DNA of 64,000 nucleotides from Trichoplax adhaerens (GCF_000150275.1 NW_002060948.1:4250395-4314394); one strand, 5' to 3'; positions 12,301 to 26,444 are shown, numbered from the stretch's first letter. Made by a program: numbers and translations. Notes: generated by a model not told the origin, from the sequence alone.

Positions 12301-15300
12301 GTTATACATGTTAACCATATCTTTGCATACGCCATTATTCAAGCATGGTAAACTATTACATTCGTTGATATCTGTTTCACATTGATATCCAGTATAACCA
12401 GGTAAGCATGAACAATTATATTTATTAACATGATCATGACACTGACCACCGTTCAGGCAAGGCAGTGAATTGCATTCATTATAGTCAATTTGGCAGTTTG
12501 TTCCCAAAAATCCTGGCAAGCAAGTGCAGTTATATCGATTGACGAGATTGTGACAAGTAGCTTGATTTTGGCAAGGATTACTATTGCATTCATCAATTTC
12601 TGTTTCACAATCGTATCCAGTATAGCCAGGTAAGCATGAACAGTCATATTGATCGATTAGATCGTTGCATATGCCATCATTTAAACATGGGCCACTTTCG
12701 CATTCGTTGATATTAGTTTGACATTCATTTCCTGCATAACCAGGTACGCAAGTACAATTATAGCCATTGATTAAATCTTGGCATGTTCCACCATTTTGAC
12801 ATGGACTGCTTATGCATTCATTAATATTAGTTTGACAGTCAGTTCCAGTAAATCCAGCGATGCAGTTACAGGAATATTTGTTAATTTGATTGACACATTC
12901 TCCATCGTTTTGGCATGGCATTGATAGACATTCATCAATATCTTGCTCACAATGTGTTCCCGTGTAGCCAGCAACACACTGACAATTATAACCGTTAATT
13001 GCATCAGCGCATGTAGCACTATTTTGACAAGGAGAGGAACTGCATTCATTAATGTCTTTTGCACAAAAAAGAAACAAAGATATTAAGAAATTGCGTTACG
13101 CACTACTTAAATTAGGTATAGATCACTAAAATATATTAATATTAGACTCGGAACTAACTTATTGTGCACTGATCGCCTGTGAATCCAGATGCACAAGTAC
13201 AATTATAATAGTTTGGTGCAGAGTTGATGCACGTAGCTTCATTATGACAGGGCGTGAATCTACATCGATTAATATCTATATTTACAAAGTAAGAAGAGCA
13301 ATCCAAATGATTAGTAACTCACTTACCGACGATCCACTAGGTAATTGTCGAATATAACAGAGTAGACAGTGCAATGTATGCTTGTATATATATATACTGT
13401 AGATTCTTACCATCTTGACAAATATTCCCAGAATAATCCGACGTACAATTGCAAGTAAATGAATTTACTTTATCAATGCATACACCATTATTTAGACATG
13501 GCTGGACATGACATTCGTTAATATCTGTTTGCAGTACAAAAATATTTATACCTTAGTAGCTTTATCATGTATTGATACTACACTAGGACCTATAATTTAC
13601 AAAGTGTATTCGAATTTAGCATACAGTTTCCAATGGCTTTCTAATTGAAATCAGTAATTAAATTTTCGACTTACCATTTTCACAATTGGTACCGTTAAAG
13701 CCGGAACCGCAATTGCATCTGTATTGATTTGCACCAACATTGATACACGTACCACTGTTTTGGCATGGTGTTATCCTGCATCGATTATGATCTATAAGGT
13801 TGATAGTTATATACGGTAAAGAAAATCTTAGCATAATATTTTTCCTTGTTAAAGTCAATATTCTTTAGCTAAAAGACGTATGATACAAACAGAAAATTAA
13901 TAAGACAATTGACTCTTTGGTATCTTTATTTATCATTAGGATCCTTACATGAGATATTCTACTATGCTTTACACGTTCAACTTACCGTGTTCACAAAGTG
14001 TTCCATTATAATCTTGTGTACAAACACAAACATATCCATTTATCGAATCACTACAGCTTGCATTGTTACTGCATGGGCTAGAAACGCATTCGTCGATATC
14101 TGTAGTACGAACATTGATTGGAGGGTTAGAAATAAATTTACGCGCTGGTAATGCAGAGACAGCGGCTAGCTACAATAGACATGAGGTATTGATTACTTGT
14201 TTCGCAATGAATTCCTGTGAATCCAGCAGCACAGCTGCAGTTAAAAGTATCAGGGAAGATATTGGAACAGGTAGCGCTGTTTAAACATGGCTCTAGGCGG
14301 CATCGATTATTATCTGTAGCAAAATAGGAAATTATAAAAAGTTATTTACACCGATAAATTTAAGCTAACTTATTTTACGTCAATTAGAGTATATGAATTC
14401 TATTTTGAAAATTATTATAATCCTTAGGCCTTAATAATCGCAAATATATGGAATAGATAACATTTTACATACCATATTGGCAATTAGAACCACTAAAATT
14501 GGTTTTGCAAACGCAGTCGTTACCCAAGACACAATTTCCATTAGCTGTGCAATGGTTAATAAGAAATATATGTATGACAGTCAATGATAATATCTTTATA
14601 GCTAAAGAAGATCAATTCTACCACTAGATTAATTTATTTTTTACCTGTACATCCCTCTTTGATCACACACTGCATGCAGGTGTTTCCTGTCCAACCACTA
14701 TTGCATCTATTTGGTTTGAAGTAAAATTTCATTATAAATACACAGGGAAACATAATCTTTTGGACAATTATTTTTAAGACAATTTATGAAGCTACTGAAA
14801 GTTTTTTGGAAAGAATTTAATATTTTTAACCAACTTACAAACACTCTCCTGGCGCATTTGTACAATTGGCATGAGATAAATCGCAGCCATCCCTACATAT
14901 AGCTTTAACAAAAAGTATATACGTATACAATAAGTCATTTTATTTAAATGAAATAGTAATTGCTGTAATTCCATTTTTTAAAAGCTTCATTTAGTTTTAA
15001 AATCATTATAAGTTTGTTTGGATAATCAAAATTACCAGTATCGCAGGTTTTTCCTGTCCAACCCGTAGTGCAAGAACAGTTATAATGGTTAATCATGTCA
15101 TTACAAGTAGCATTATTTAAGCATGGATTGGAGGAACATTCATTGATTTCTGTCAAAGATATGTTGAAAAATGTATTGGTTACTTCATTAATCACAGTTA
15201 CATCAGAGCTTATGCGATAGTTAATAGTTGTAATATCCAAATATTGCTTTGTAAGTATTTTAACCAGTTGCGTTGAAATGCAATAACTAAATAAGTTGAA

Positions 15301-18300
15301 TGACTGACTACTCGGTGTAAAGTTTAATTAATTTGTTAATGGTTGTATTAACAGACCTGTTTCGCAATTATTTCTAGTATATCCTGGAACACAACTGCAA
15401 GTATAATTATTAACTCCATTATTATTGCATGTGGCGCCGTTACTACAAGGGTTGCTTCTGCAAGAATTTAGGTCTGTAAAACGATATTAAAAACGCTTAC
15501 CATGGGGTACATTGAAAAAATGGAATTTTAATTCTGTTTATAGAAGAAACAGTATATCGAAAATCATAATAGATGGAAAGATCAATGGTACTTGTAATAT
15601 CCTACTTACCATTTTGACAGTTTACACCTGTATAATTAGCCATACAAGCACAGCTGTATGCATATGGTGTGGTATAAGAACAATTTCCACCATTTGTACA
15701 TGGAGGCGCTATTCTACAAGGGTTCATGTCTACAAAATATGTATAAATTAAGTTCTTTAGCTGGATCGGAAATAAAATTAAACTTAAAGTACACGAAACA
15801 AAATTTATAGCTGTTAATGACAAAAATTATGAGTCTATTAGCGCTTAATCATGAAACTTCTAAATATCTATAAATTTGAAAGCTGGCTTATATATCGTAG
15901 ATCACGTTTTCATTTACGGCGTACATGGCAAAGTAATCCCGTTTTTGAGGAACATTTTATCTGATAATCCTGACACTAGTGTGATAGTAGCAGCAGTATT
16001 TGCTGTCATTTATTTAACGCTGCAGTTGCATTTTAATAATGGTACCCTACCTTGTTCGCAATGAACCCCTGTATACTGCGTTGGACATTGGCATGTATAT
16101 CTATTGATTTGATCGATACATGTTGCTTGTATATGTTGGCAAGGATTGGATGCACATTCATCGATATCTTTGAGTACAAACAAATATAAAAATAAAATCG
16201 TATTATTCAATGATCAATGATAAAAATCTTTTAAACATCTCAAGTAGAATTAAGCTAAATTACTTTGTTCACAAGTTATGCCAGTATATCCAGCTGCACA
16301 ATTACATATGAAAGAATTAGCCCCATTATTGATGCAAGTGCTGTTGTATTTGCAAGGAGAGCTGCGACAGCTATTTAAATCTGTAAAAAGTATATAAGTT
16401 GGATCCAGTGGAATAAAAGAGTATGTATTTAAATTTATTTAGTGGCACCTGCATAAATGCATTTAATTACTAAAATGCATCTCAATCCAACATACCATTT
16501 TTACAGTTATTTCCAGAGTAATTGGCTGCACACGTACACGTATAAGTGTCAATACCTGTGGCTGAACATGTACCGCCATTCTGACATAAGCTGCTGTTTT
16601 TTCGACAAGCATTTCCATCTTGTGAGAGTAACCGCAGTATAAGTTAATTAAAATGAGAAATTACTATCTCTGTATGCTTAAATTACAATAGATGCTCAAC
16701 GAAATACGACTAAATAATTTATATCAAGTTTAAGATTTCTATACCGGTTTCGCAATGATTTCCAGTCCAGTCAAATAGACAATTACAAACATAGAAGCTG
16801 ACTTGATCTTGGCATGTACCACCATTTTGGCATGGATTTGAAGAACACTCATTTATATCTATAAGAGAGTTATGGACGTAGAATATTAATTTATCCTGAA
16901 ATTAGGAACTAATTGATTTTAATTTCTAATTATCAGAGATCTTACTTATTTGGCAGTTAGTGCCAGTATATCCGGTAGCACAGCTACATGCATAGTTATT
17001 AACGTTATCTGTACAGCTACCACCATTCTGACATGGGGTTGATTGGCATTCGTTGATATCTATGTGATTATATACCAACAAAAGGATTATATAAAAATGA
17101 GACGGAAATTAAGTCTATAAACTATTGCAATTTCATTAAAATGTAACAGATTGTTCTGTGTTAAAGAACGCTTATTTGTTGACAAAATCTGTAAAACCTT
17201 GTTACAATATAATCAGATTATTTATATTCAGCTTATTATAATAAAAGATGTAACGAATCTAACCTTGATCACAATTGGTTCCTGTATAACCAGGAGCACA
17301 TGTACAAGAATAAGTAAATACTCCTGTAGCAGCACATGTAGCTCCGTTTTTACAAGGTGCACTTATGCGACATTTATTAGCGTCTAAAGAATAAATAAAT
17401 AAATGTTAATATAGATCCTCGTTAAGATAACTTGTAACAAGTTGTAATTATCGGTTCAGTATTAGTTACACTGTCATAATCAGTTAAGTAACGAATTACC
17501 AGTTTCGCAATGTGTACCAGTCCAATCAGAAGGACAATTGCATGTATATCCGTTTATTCCATCAACACATGTAGCATGGGTATGCTGACATGGATTCGAT
17601 GCGCATTCGTCAATGTCTAGCATTAAATAGGTAATATCAAGTCGTGTAAGAAATGGTTAAGCTGATCTTAATTATATAAGTTTTACTTGTGGTACAGATA
17701 GCTCCAGTATATCCAGCTGCACACGTGCAATTATAATAAAGATGGTAATCGTTGCATGTTGCTCCGTTAAGGCAAGGTGTAGAGGCACATTCAGCAACAT
17801 CTACAAAAGAATTAGATAAAAGTTAGACGATAAATTAGGGTAATAAAGTTACAGCAATTTCATTACAATGTAACAGTTTTTCTTAGCTATAGAACGCTTA
17901 TTTGTTAACAAAAACTGTAATAAATATTATATTGCTTTCGTAAGTCTACATTTAAACTGGTCGAAATGTTTACCTAATGCACAGTTTGATCCGGTATAAC
18001 CGGATGTACAAGTGCATGTATAGTCATTAATACCATCTGTACAAGTTGATGAGTGTTGACAGGGATTTGATGAACATTCATCAATGTCTATAAATAGCAA
18101 AATAAATTGAAATTATTGACTTCAATTTCCTTACATAAAATTGGAAAAAGATAAGTTTTAAAGGAAGAATGTGGCTCAAATAATTTCTGTCTTATGCAAA
18201 TTTCTCTCAATTTGACTGAACGAACAAATATTTTAGAGTTTAATATAAATTTACTTGTTCCGCATTGGGTTCCAGTATATCCTGCAGCACATATACAATT

Positions 18301-21300
18301 GTATTTATTAACCAAGTTATCACAGGTTGCACCATTTAAGCACGGAGTCGATATGCATTCATTGACATCTAAATCATTCAATTTCGACATAAGAGTTTAG
18401 CAAGTGTAGGCTAATATCTCAAATTTTACAGCATGATACGAGTGAAAAACATATGAAGAATACGTGCATGGTTACCTTGATCACAATTTATTCCTGTATA
18501 TCCTGGCGCACAAGTACATGTGTAAACGTTGAGGCTAACATAAGAACAAGTACCTCCGTTCTGACATGGTGAAGATAATCGGCATAAATTGCCATCTGGT
18601 GTAAATGAAAACAATGTTATTCATTAATTATTTTATCCAGTACACAGTACAATTTAGAATTATATGTCATTAATTATCTTGATACAATTCATTATATATA
18701 TATAGTTAAGTATTCAGAATTGATGATAGATACCAGTTTCACAATGAGCTCCTGTCCAATCAGAAGGACAATTGCAAGTGTAACTATTTACACCATCAAC
18801 ACATGTAGAGTAAGCATGTTGACATGGATTCGATACACATTCGTCGATATCTATCATGTAGTTTAATTAGATAGAGTAGATTAAGGGTAAGTAAATACCT
18901 CAAATACTATCAGCCAGCCTCAAGAATATATTTACGTATAATAGACACTATATTGCAGTCGAGGCTACTTTGAAAGCTGAATTTAATTAAGTAAAGTTTA
19001 CTTGTGCTGCAGATCGCTCCTGTATATCCGGCTGCACATGTGCAATTATAGTAGAGATGATAGTCGTGGCATGTTGCTCCGTTAAGGCAAGGTATAGAGG
19101 TACATTCTGCAAAATCTACAAAAGCATTTTATAAAATTAGACGGAAATTAAGTCTATAAACTATTGCAATTTCATTAAAATGTAACAGATTGTTCTGTGT
19201 TAAAGAACGCTTATTTGTTGACAAATTTTGTAAAATCTTGTTACAACAGAATCAGATTATTTATATTCAGCTTATTATAATAAAAGATGTAACGAATCTA
19301 ACCTTGATCACAATTGGTTCCTGTATAACCAGGAGCACATGTACAAGAATAAGTAAATACTCCTGTAGCAGCACATGTAGCTCCGTTTTTACAAGGTGCA
19401 CTTATGCGACATTTATTAGCGTCTAAAGAATAAATAAATAAATGTTAATATAGATCCACGTTACGATAACTTGTAACAAGTTGTGATTATCGGTTCAGTA
19501 TTAGTTACACTGTCATAATCAGTTAAGTAACGAATTACCAGTTTCGCAATGTGTACCAGTCCAATCAGAAGGACAATTGCATGTATATCCGTTTATTCCA
19601 TCAACACATGTAGCATGGGTATGCTGACATGGATTCGATGCACATTCGTCAATGTCTAGCATTAAATAGGTAAATATCGAGTCGTGTAAGAAATGGTTAA
19701 GTTGATCTTAATTATATAAGTTTTACTTGTGGTACAGATAGCTCCAGTATATCCAGCTGCACACGTGCAATTATAATAAAGATGGTAATCGTTGCATGTT
19801 GCTCCGTTAAGGCAAGGTGTAGAGGCACATTCAGCAACATCTACAAAAGAATTAGATAAAAATTAGACGATAAATTAGAGTAATAAAGTTACAGCAATTT
19901 CATTACAATGTAACAGTTTTTCTTAGCTAAAGAACGCTTATTTGTTAACAAAAACTGTATAATCCTATTACAACATAATCAAATTGTTTATATTGATTTT
20001 ATTATTAAGGATGATATAAAGAAAACAAACCTTGATCGCAATTGGTTCCTGTATAACCGGAAGTACAAGTGCATTTATATGTGCTTACTCCTGTGGCAGC
20101 ACATGTTGCTCCATTTTTACAAGGTGCACTTCTGCGACATTCATTAGCATCTAAAGAATAAATAAATGTTATTATAGATTATATTTACGTTCAATTTTAA
20201 CAAATGGAGTTTATATTGGCTTAGCGTTAATCAAACTGTCATACTAAGTTAAACAACAAATTACCAATGTCGCAATGTGTGCCAGTCCAGTCAGAAGGAC
20301 ACTGGCACGTATATCCATTTATTCCATCAAGACATGTAGCATAGACATGCTGGCATGGACTGGATGCACATTCATTAATATCTGGTATTAAATTTGCAAA
20401 TATTAAGTCTTTCAGCTTATATTTAAAAGCAATCGTCTATTGCAATGAGGTGTATTTAAAGTTTGAGAATAATGATCGAAACAGGATATTAACATACTTG
20501 AACTACAATCTGATCCGGTATAGCCATTAGCACAACTGCATGTATAACTGTTGACACCATCGACACAAGTTCCACCATTTTGGCAAGTTATACTGGCACA
20601 ATCATCAATATCTAAGGATGACAGAGATGAAAACGATACATATGTAAGTGTTTTCTTTAATTTTTGCTTAAAATATCTTTTGTAACGAGTTGGATTCAGA
20701 ATTCTATCGCAAGTGTATTTAAGCCATGGTATATTCTTCTAGAGAAAAATTCTTATGGAATTATTTGCAAGCTAAGTATATTATGAACGATATGTTTCTA
20801 TCTTTAATTGTGTATATTAAACCGCAATATATATGCAGATCTAATTACATATGTGAATATTTTCACTTTATCTAATTAATAACTTTGGTTTCTTACTAGA
20901 TGCGCAAGTTGATCCAGTAAAGCCAGTTTCACATGCACAAGTATAAGTATTGATTCCAGTATAGGTACATGTGCCGCTATTTTGACAAGGAGTACTCGAT
21001 CGACAAAGATTTCCATCTATTTTTGTAGGAATGTAGATGAGACGTTATACTAAGTATGAATTATTGTAAAACAGCAATTTGTTATTTAATTAATCAAATC
21101 ATCTAAAGCTTATTGCAGAAATCCATTCTGACAAGGTATAAATTAATTATCCGTAGATTAAGAATCTTACCGGTTTCACAGTTAGTCCCAGTCCATTCTT
21201 TGGGGCAGGTACAGGAATACGAATTGACGTTGTTATGACAAGTTGCATAAACATGTTGGCATGGATTAGATGCACACTCGTTAATGTCTATAGTTAAAAA

Positions 21301-22644
21301 GTAAATATTGTAGTTAGTACGTATGAATCCAATTTCTTCCAGAGTCGGCATTTTATTATATGCGTTATAAAACAATTATTAGACTACTAGGCGATTAAAG
21401 TTACGCGTACATTCTTTATCGTAAGATAATAGTAGAAATCTTATAGTTAGTTTACGATATACCTGTTTGACAGTTTGTGCCAGTGTAGCCTGTCACGCAG
21501 GAACAAGTGTAAGCATTTGCCCCATTATTTGCACATGTGCCACCATTCTGACAGGGGGTACTACGACAGCTATTTAAATCTAATTAAATTAAAACAAATA
21601 GTTCTTTAATAAGTATATAAGTTCATGAATTTAATACAGGCATGTATTTCGTTAATATATAGCTAAAACTGTCTTTTCGAATATCAATTAGGAACAAGGA
21701 ATACCTTGAAAAAGTGATGGTTCAATTAATGCAAAAATTAAATTATATTTATAGGAACGCTTAAACTCGAAGTTTACTTGCACTTAGAACTGCGTTTATC
21801 TGGTTAAATGTATTTAATATCTTAGATATCGTATTTATTTGAATATTATCAGATTTATAGATGCAACTCGTGCAAGTAATGGCGTATTCCTACCGGTGTT
21901 ACAATCTGTCCCAGACCATGTACTTTCACAAGTAACAGAAACCTTTAATGTAAATTCGGATTTATTATCAGTGATGGGCCGAGAACCAGTCATGGTGATT
22001 GTTGATGAAGATCCAGGTATAACATAAAATGTGCTTGAAAGTTTGTCAAGTAAGTCGTCAGCACCATCACTATAATCTTTATCCATAGATGTAATATGTA
22101 CATTGACATAGCCCTAAAGCAAAGATCTTTGTTACTCCAAAACAAATTGATAATCCAAAATAACTTTAAGTTACATTTTTAAACACTTACTTCGTATCGT
22201 TCACTGATTGAACCTTGATAAGGATTATTTACGCCACTATCTGTTAGCGCTTGACTACTTGTGAAAGTTATAGTTTCACCGCCATCCCATACTTTAGTAG
22301 TTAGAGAACCATAAGTACATGCATCATTGATATTGCCTTTATTACTGCATAAAATGAAGTAATAGTTGCATGAAGAGAAAGTATCGCATTTGCCATTATC
22401 CCAGTTGCGTTCATTCTTGTTGTAATATTTTTGAAATTCGTAAGTGACGTAAGCATGAACATCAGCTTCAACGTACTGTAATTATTTGGAAAGGTGAGAA
22501 GAAAATATTAGGTGCTTTTACTTAAATAATCGATAATTACCGATTTTGGCACAGATACATTTATTTAAATCCGTAGTCGATATAAATAACTAAACAAGGA
22601 ATTATCAGAATTACTATGCTATCTTCAGTAAAGATAGTCTTCAT
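5397..22644 (-). CDS. Gene A: giant Jagged/Serrate-like type I membrane protein (C2/MNNL, 25 EGF, DOS, about 43 EGF, vWC, TM, long tail); no DSL core; in-frame TGA at 9098-9100
   Basis: Chain of GT-AG exons with compatible phases. C2 exons 22191-22475 and 21894-22113; single-EGF phase-1 exons 15036-21579; DOS exons 14473-14902; multi-EGF exons 11916-13055, 8526-10263 and 7899-8419; Jagged-type vWC 7131-7549; juxtamembrane exons 6793-6930 and 6481-6601; TM and tail exon 5397-6325. The start codon and signal exon ([18 protein letters not shown]|YVEA) are tentative. Confidence 0.85.
6793..7549 (-). CDS. Gene A Jagged/Serrate-type vWC (cysteine-rich) and juxtamembrane exons
   Basis: Exons 7449-7549, 7131-7349 and 6793-6930 give [33 protein letters not shown]|VWCGPSNC...CLQSPC...|[14 protein letters not shown]. 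This matches the Jagged pattern W..dCN.C.C..G.v.Ct.vWCGP and G.T...iC..LR. Confidence 0.85.
14473..14902 (-). CDS. Gene A DOS motif (atypical EGF1-2 of Delta/Jagged ligands), three small exons
   Basis: Exons 14839-14902, 14645-14706 and 14473-14544 give [22 protein letters not shown]|[20 protein letters not shown]|[24 protein letters not shown]. Cys spacing matches ligand EGF1-2 (AIC..GC...HG.C..PG.C.C..GW.G..C..C....GC..G.C.....C.C...G..C). Confidence 0.85.
17100..17919. repeat. About 820-bp three-exon EGF cassette, duplicated (other copies about 19139-19959 and 54767-55588)
   Basis: Near-identical exon and intron sequence, e.g. agacggaaattaagtctataa...aaaactgta in all three copies. The same spurious + strand ORF (MFCVKERLF...) appears at 17151, 19190 and 54818. 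Confidence 0.95.
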
Positions 22645-23990
22645 GATCACAATATTGTCAACAGTTCATTGTTAATGTAAAAGACATAAGCGGAAAAGGA
22701 AAAGTTTAATATAGCAATACACAGCCGCCCCTTCTGTTACAAGGCAGTGTTGATCATGGCTGTGCTACGTTTTGAAACTATAAAGTTGAAGGTTAGGCAG
22801 TTGGGCATTATGAAAATTACATTATTAATCTTTAATTTGATGGAAATGTGTTGCATTTTTACTGCATTAGTAAAGAAAGGACTACTTGTAAGAAGAATTT
22901 TAATCTATGATTTGTAATGCAAATTCTCCCATAGTACTTCAACTTCTAACCTTTAAGCTTTTGACCTATGAAGTTAAAAATTACTTGATTCTTTTATATT
23001 ATGATACTGTGGAATTCTAACGTATAATTGTGGGTGTATAATATGTGATATTAATACTGTATTATTAAAAGCACGTTGTCGTCGATGATGAATTTGAGTG
23101 CGAGAAAGGAATTTATTTATCTTAATACATTCTCATCCTAAAATCTGATGAAATTGATGTAGATGTCAACATCGGGTGAAATCATGTATCTTATTGTATC
23201 TGGTATGATTGTTACCGTGATGATGAGTGTCATATCGGGCAATTGAAGCATGAATTTTTATTATCTTTTCAGTAGGCGTATGATATTATCTATGTCTTAA
23301 AAAGTAATCATTCTAAGAAGTGCATTTGAATACGCTTCAGCGATAATAAGTAACAATCGATAATGCATGATATTACTTTAATTTCTAATCTGAGTTGAAG
23401 TTAGTAGATAGCATGTTTTAAAGCAGCCGTAATAACATAAAGGAACTACAACATCTGGCAATTGCTTATCAATTAAAATTGTAAACGATGTTATGATACT
23501 AAAGGCATAGTATCACTTCCAATAAAGATAGAGAGTAAGTTTAAGTAATTTAAAATTTAGAATAATGATTTTAATCCTATCAATATAATATAGGAAATTT
23601 ACCAAAAATTTTCAATTATTTGGCTAACATCTGTTACTCATTAAGGTATTTTATAATAAGATAGTAGAAGCTGATATGTTATACATATATATAAGCTATG
23701 CTACATTGGGCTAAAGAAAAATATGTACGCCTTCATGCACTAGAATGTTCAGTCATATTTATTAAATTACCTGTAAATTAGATAGCGCTAGAACAGCTAT
23801 TAATAGTAATAACTTGATATTGAGATGGATCATTTTTGTCGAAAACCGATTTGATATGATGAACGCTGAAGAGAAGAGACTTCAATGGTTAGTTAAATAA
23901 AATTAGTACCATGGATTAAATTTCAACCAGGGATCAAAACGATTGTAAAGATGACAAATAAAGTTTAATTATTGGTTGTATAGTATCCAA
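18250..23990. repeat. Segmental duplication copy 1 (gene A 5' exons and upstream region); copy 2 at about 53880-60420
   Basis: Near-identical exons, introns and upstream DNA at an offset of about 35.6 kb (e.g. 21835-22086 vs 57464-57715). Identity declines toward both ends. Confidence 0.95.
21894..22475 (-). CDS. Gene A N-terminal C2/MNNL (Notch-ligand N-terminal) domain exons
   Basis: [65 protein letters not shown]...NNPY...|[13 protein letters not shown]...DDLLDKL...[18 protein letters not shown]. This matches MNNL motifs C..fF..C, CtyG...T.V, NP, li.r and l...v.C...y.G..C. Confidence 0.75.
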
Positions 23991-25893
23991 TGTTTAAATC
24001 AAATTCGTAACATGAATTGATTTAAAGGTATTATAAACCGATCTATGTCGATTTAGGAAAATTTTTACGATAGTTACCAGTGCTTTAAGAACGTCAATAA
24101 GTTAATCAAGAATTAACCAAGAAATGACTGATATATGCGTTCAATCTTTGACACGAAAACAATGTAAAACTTGTTGAATGTAACGATGTTGATATGAAAT
24201 TTTGCATATCATTGGCTACTATTGAGTACCGGAATACTATTGTTCTTAGTGCGATGCTATTTCATAGTATCCAAGTCACGCGGCTGTGTTATCACTCAGG
24301 GTGGTTAAATCGCATTACGGGGCATTAATGCGTTTATGATTGACTCCAATTGCATATCAAATTTGGAAATAGCCCAACTATTATCTTGAAGACAATCAAA
24401 AAGTTGACGATTGTTCATGAGGCTATCCCTTGATTGTACTAAAACTAAAATGCTATTATTTGACATGGTAGTGAATGAGTCATTAATTGCCTTGTGCTTT
24501 ATGGTATAATATGCTAGAATTTAATATGAATAATGTTCAACTAATCGCTACAGATCTGCTCTTGATTTACAACGATGAAATACTTAATGGCTAAGAATGC
24601 GAGGATCACTTCTACCGCAGTTATCGATCTTCCTTTTATATATCATGTTTTTTTCATTATATGTACAATTGAATCACGATAGTATAAGGAACATAAATTC
24701 AATAAAGGTTGGATGTCTGTGACCTAGGTATATGAGTTTAGGTGTGCTTTGTAATTGGATTTATTAATTATTAATAGCAGGATGTATTAATGATCATGAG
24801 ATAAAGGATCTCTTGAAGGAATCTAATCGATAGCCAGTGGACACGTTTGATTTCGAGATTGTTATAATAATGGTATTTTAATTTCTAAAAATATTAATAG
24901 ATTGTTCAATTTTCAAGAAATGCATACTAAATTAAATCAGTCGGAATTGTAGTTCCGAATGATAGTGATGTAAATAGTAAGATGTTGAAAAAGCTGCAAA
25001 TAAATACAATACAAAGTATCCGTCAGTTTATGTGATGCAATACAACCTTCTATTCAATATTTGTAGAAAATGCTTTCGATAGAATTGCAAAGTATCTTTC
25101 TGATTAACTTTCGACTATGAACGTAAGTGTAATATGAATAATTTGGTACATCTACATTCGTATAACTTAATATTGTTGTTAAAGGTCGACGAAGAAATTT
25201 CAAGTGCAGTAGATTATATCCTGCTATTGGATATTAATTTAGTCAAACGTTGGCACCCAAGATTTCATTTTGAACTCCATTAAATATGTTCTCAGGGCCA
25301 TCAAGACAATTTAGATTAGTTTTAGTTATTCAAAGTGCTGTATATTGATTAATTCTAACATTCTCATTAATAAATGTTAAACATTAATAATTCAGATCTA
25401 ACTACACGAAAAGCAAAAAGTCCAACTTGGGTGGTGTAGATTAGCATATGTCAATATTATTGTTGATGATTACGGAGAAATGGAGAATGTCTTACAATAT
25501 TGCAAGTAAAGGTCAGAATAGCTTTATGTACGTAGAAAATATTCTAAATATCATAGTTACACCCTCTATTCTAGCCATTGTTGACAAACGACGAAACTTT
25601 GTTGACTGTTTTATAAAGTCAATACGTGATTGTCCTTGCAGATAACGTATATTCCTGTTGCTTGGAAACAACCATTCTAATTGTAATTTACATGAGACGA
25701 TTACCTATGGTCAGTTGTTTATAATTATAGTCGCTGTCATTACGAGAATATAATCTTATTCAATGTCTTCAACAAATCTGTAAGTGGTAGTCAATTAAAT
25801 TCATGTTTTAATTGGCGGGATAGCAAGATTCCCTGTAAACCGATAAGTAGTTATTGTTATCAGATAATACATTAGGATTTACGATCCTGTCAT

Positions 25894-26444
25894 TGTTACG
25901 GTGTTGCCTTGTCATTAGGATAGTTTACTAAGTACAGTAGTAGCTAGTATGGAGAATATCCATTTTTGTAGTACTAGGTAAGATAAGTAATGCCTTAACG
26001 TGGATGTTGTTTGTAATAGTTCATTACATACTTGATATTGATTGTTATTATGTGACAGATAGTACTAAGATGATTCAAGTTCTAGTTGATGATAGTTGAA
26101 TTAGACAACCTACGAGCTTAGATTAAGATTAAGTATAAGTAAGAGATTCAAAATATTTACTGATAGGAAAGCTATGTAAGGAACATCTCAGTTCGAGATG
26201 TTTCTCCTAGTAAGATATAACAATAATACTGTTGTTGTTTAGAAATTAGACGGTTCCTATATAAACGGAAACATTTTGAGTTCAGTGTTGGTAAAAAGTA
26301 GTAGATGTATCTTTGCTAATTTAAGTTTCATCTTTACAGTCTTTTGCTGAGTGTGTTTAACGTTAAGTAAAAGGGCGTTTAAGTCAGTAGCTACTCATAG
26401 ACTTTTACTGTACGTTACCTTGTCGCAGAGGTGAAATTGTGACA
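25894..26444 (+). mobile_element. Solo LTR, family 1 (551 bp)
   Basis: Termini TGTTAC...GTGACA; flanks gtcat/gccat (5-bp TSD, one mismatch); internal TATATAAA at about 26257. Near-identical inverted copy at 39576-40120. Confidence 0.85.

Noticed and set aside
5397-22644. Gene A as a Notch receptor, fibropellin or Crumbs
   Set aside because: No LNR, ankyrin, CUB, avidin or laminin-G domains. C2, DOS, the interrupted EGF and vWC point to the Jagged lineage.
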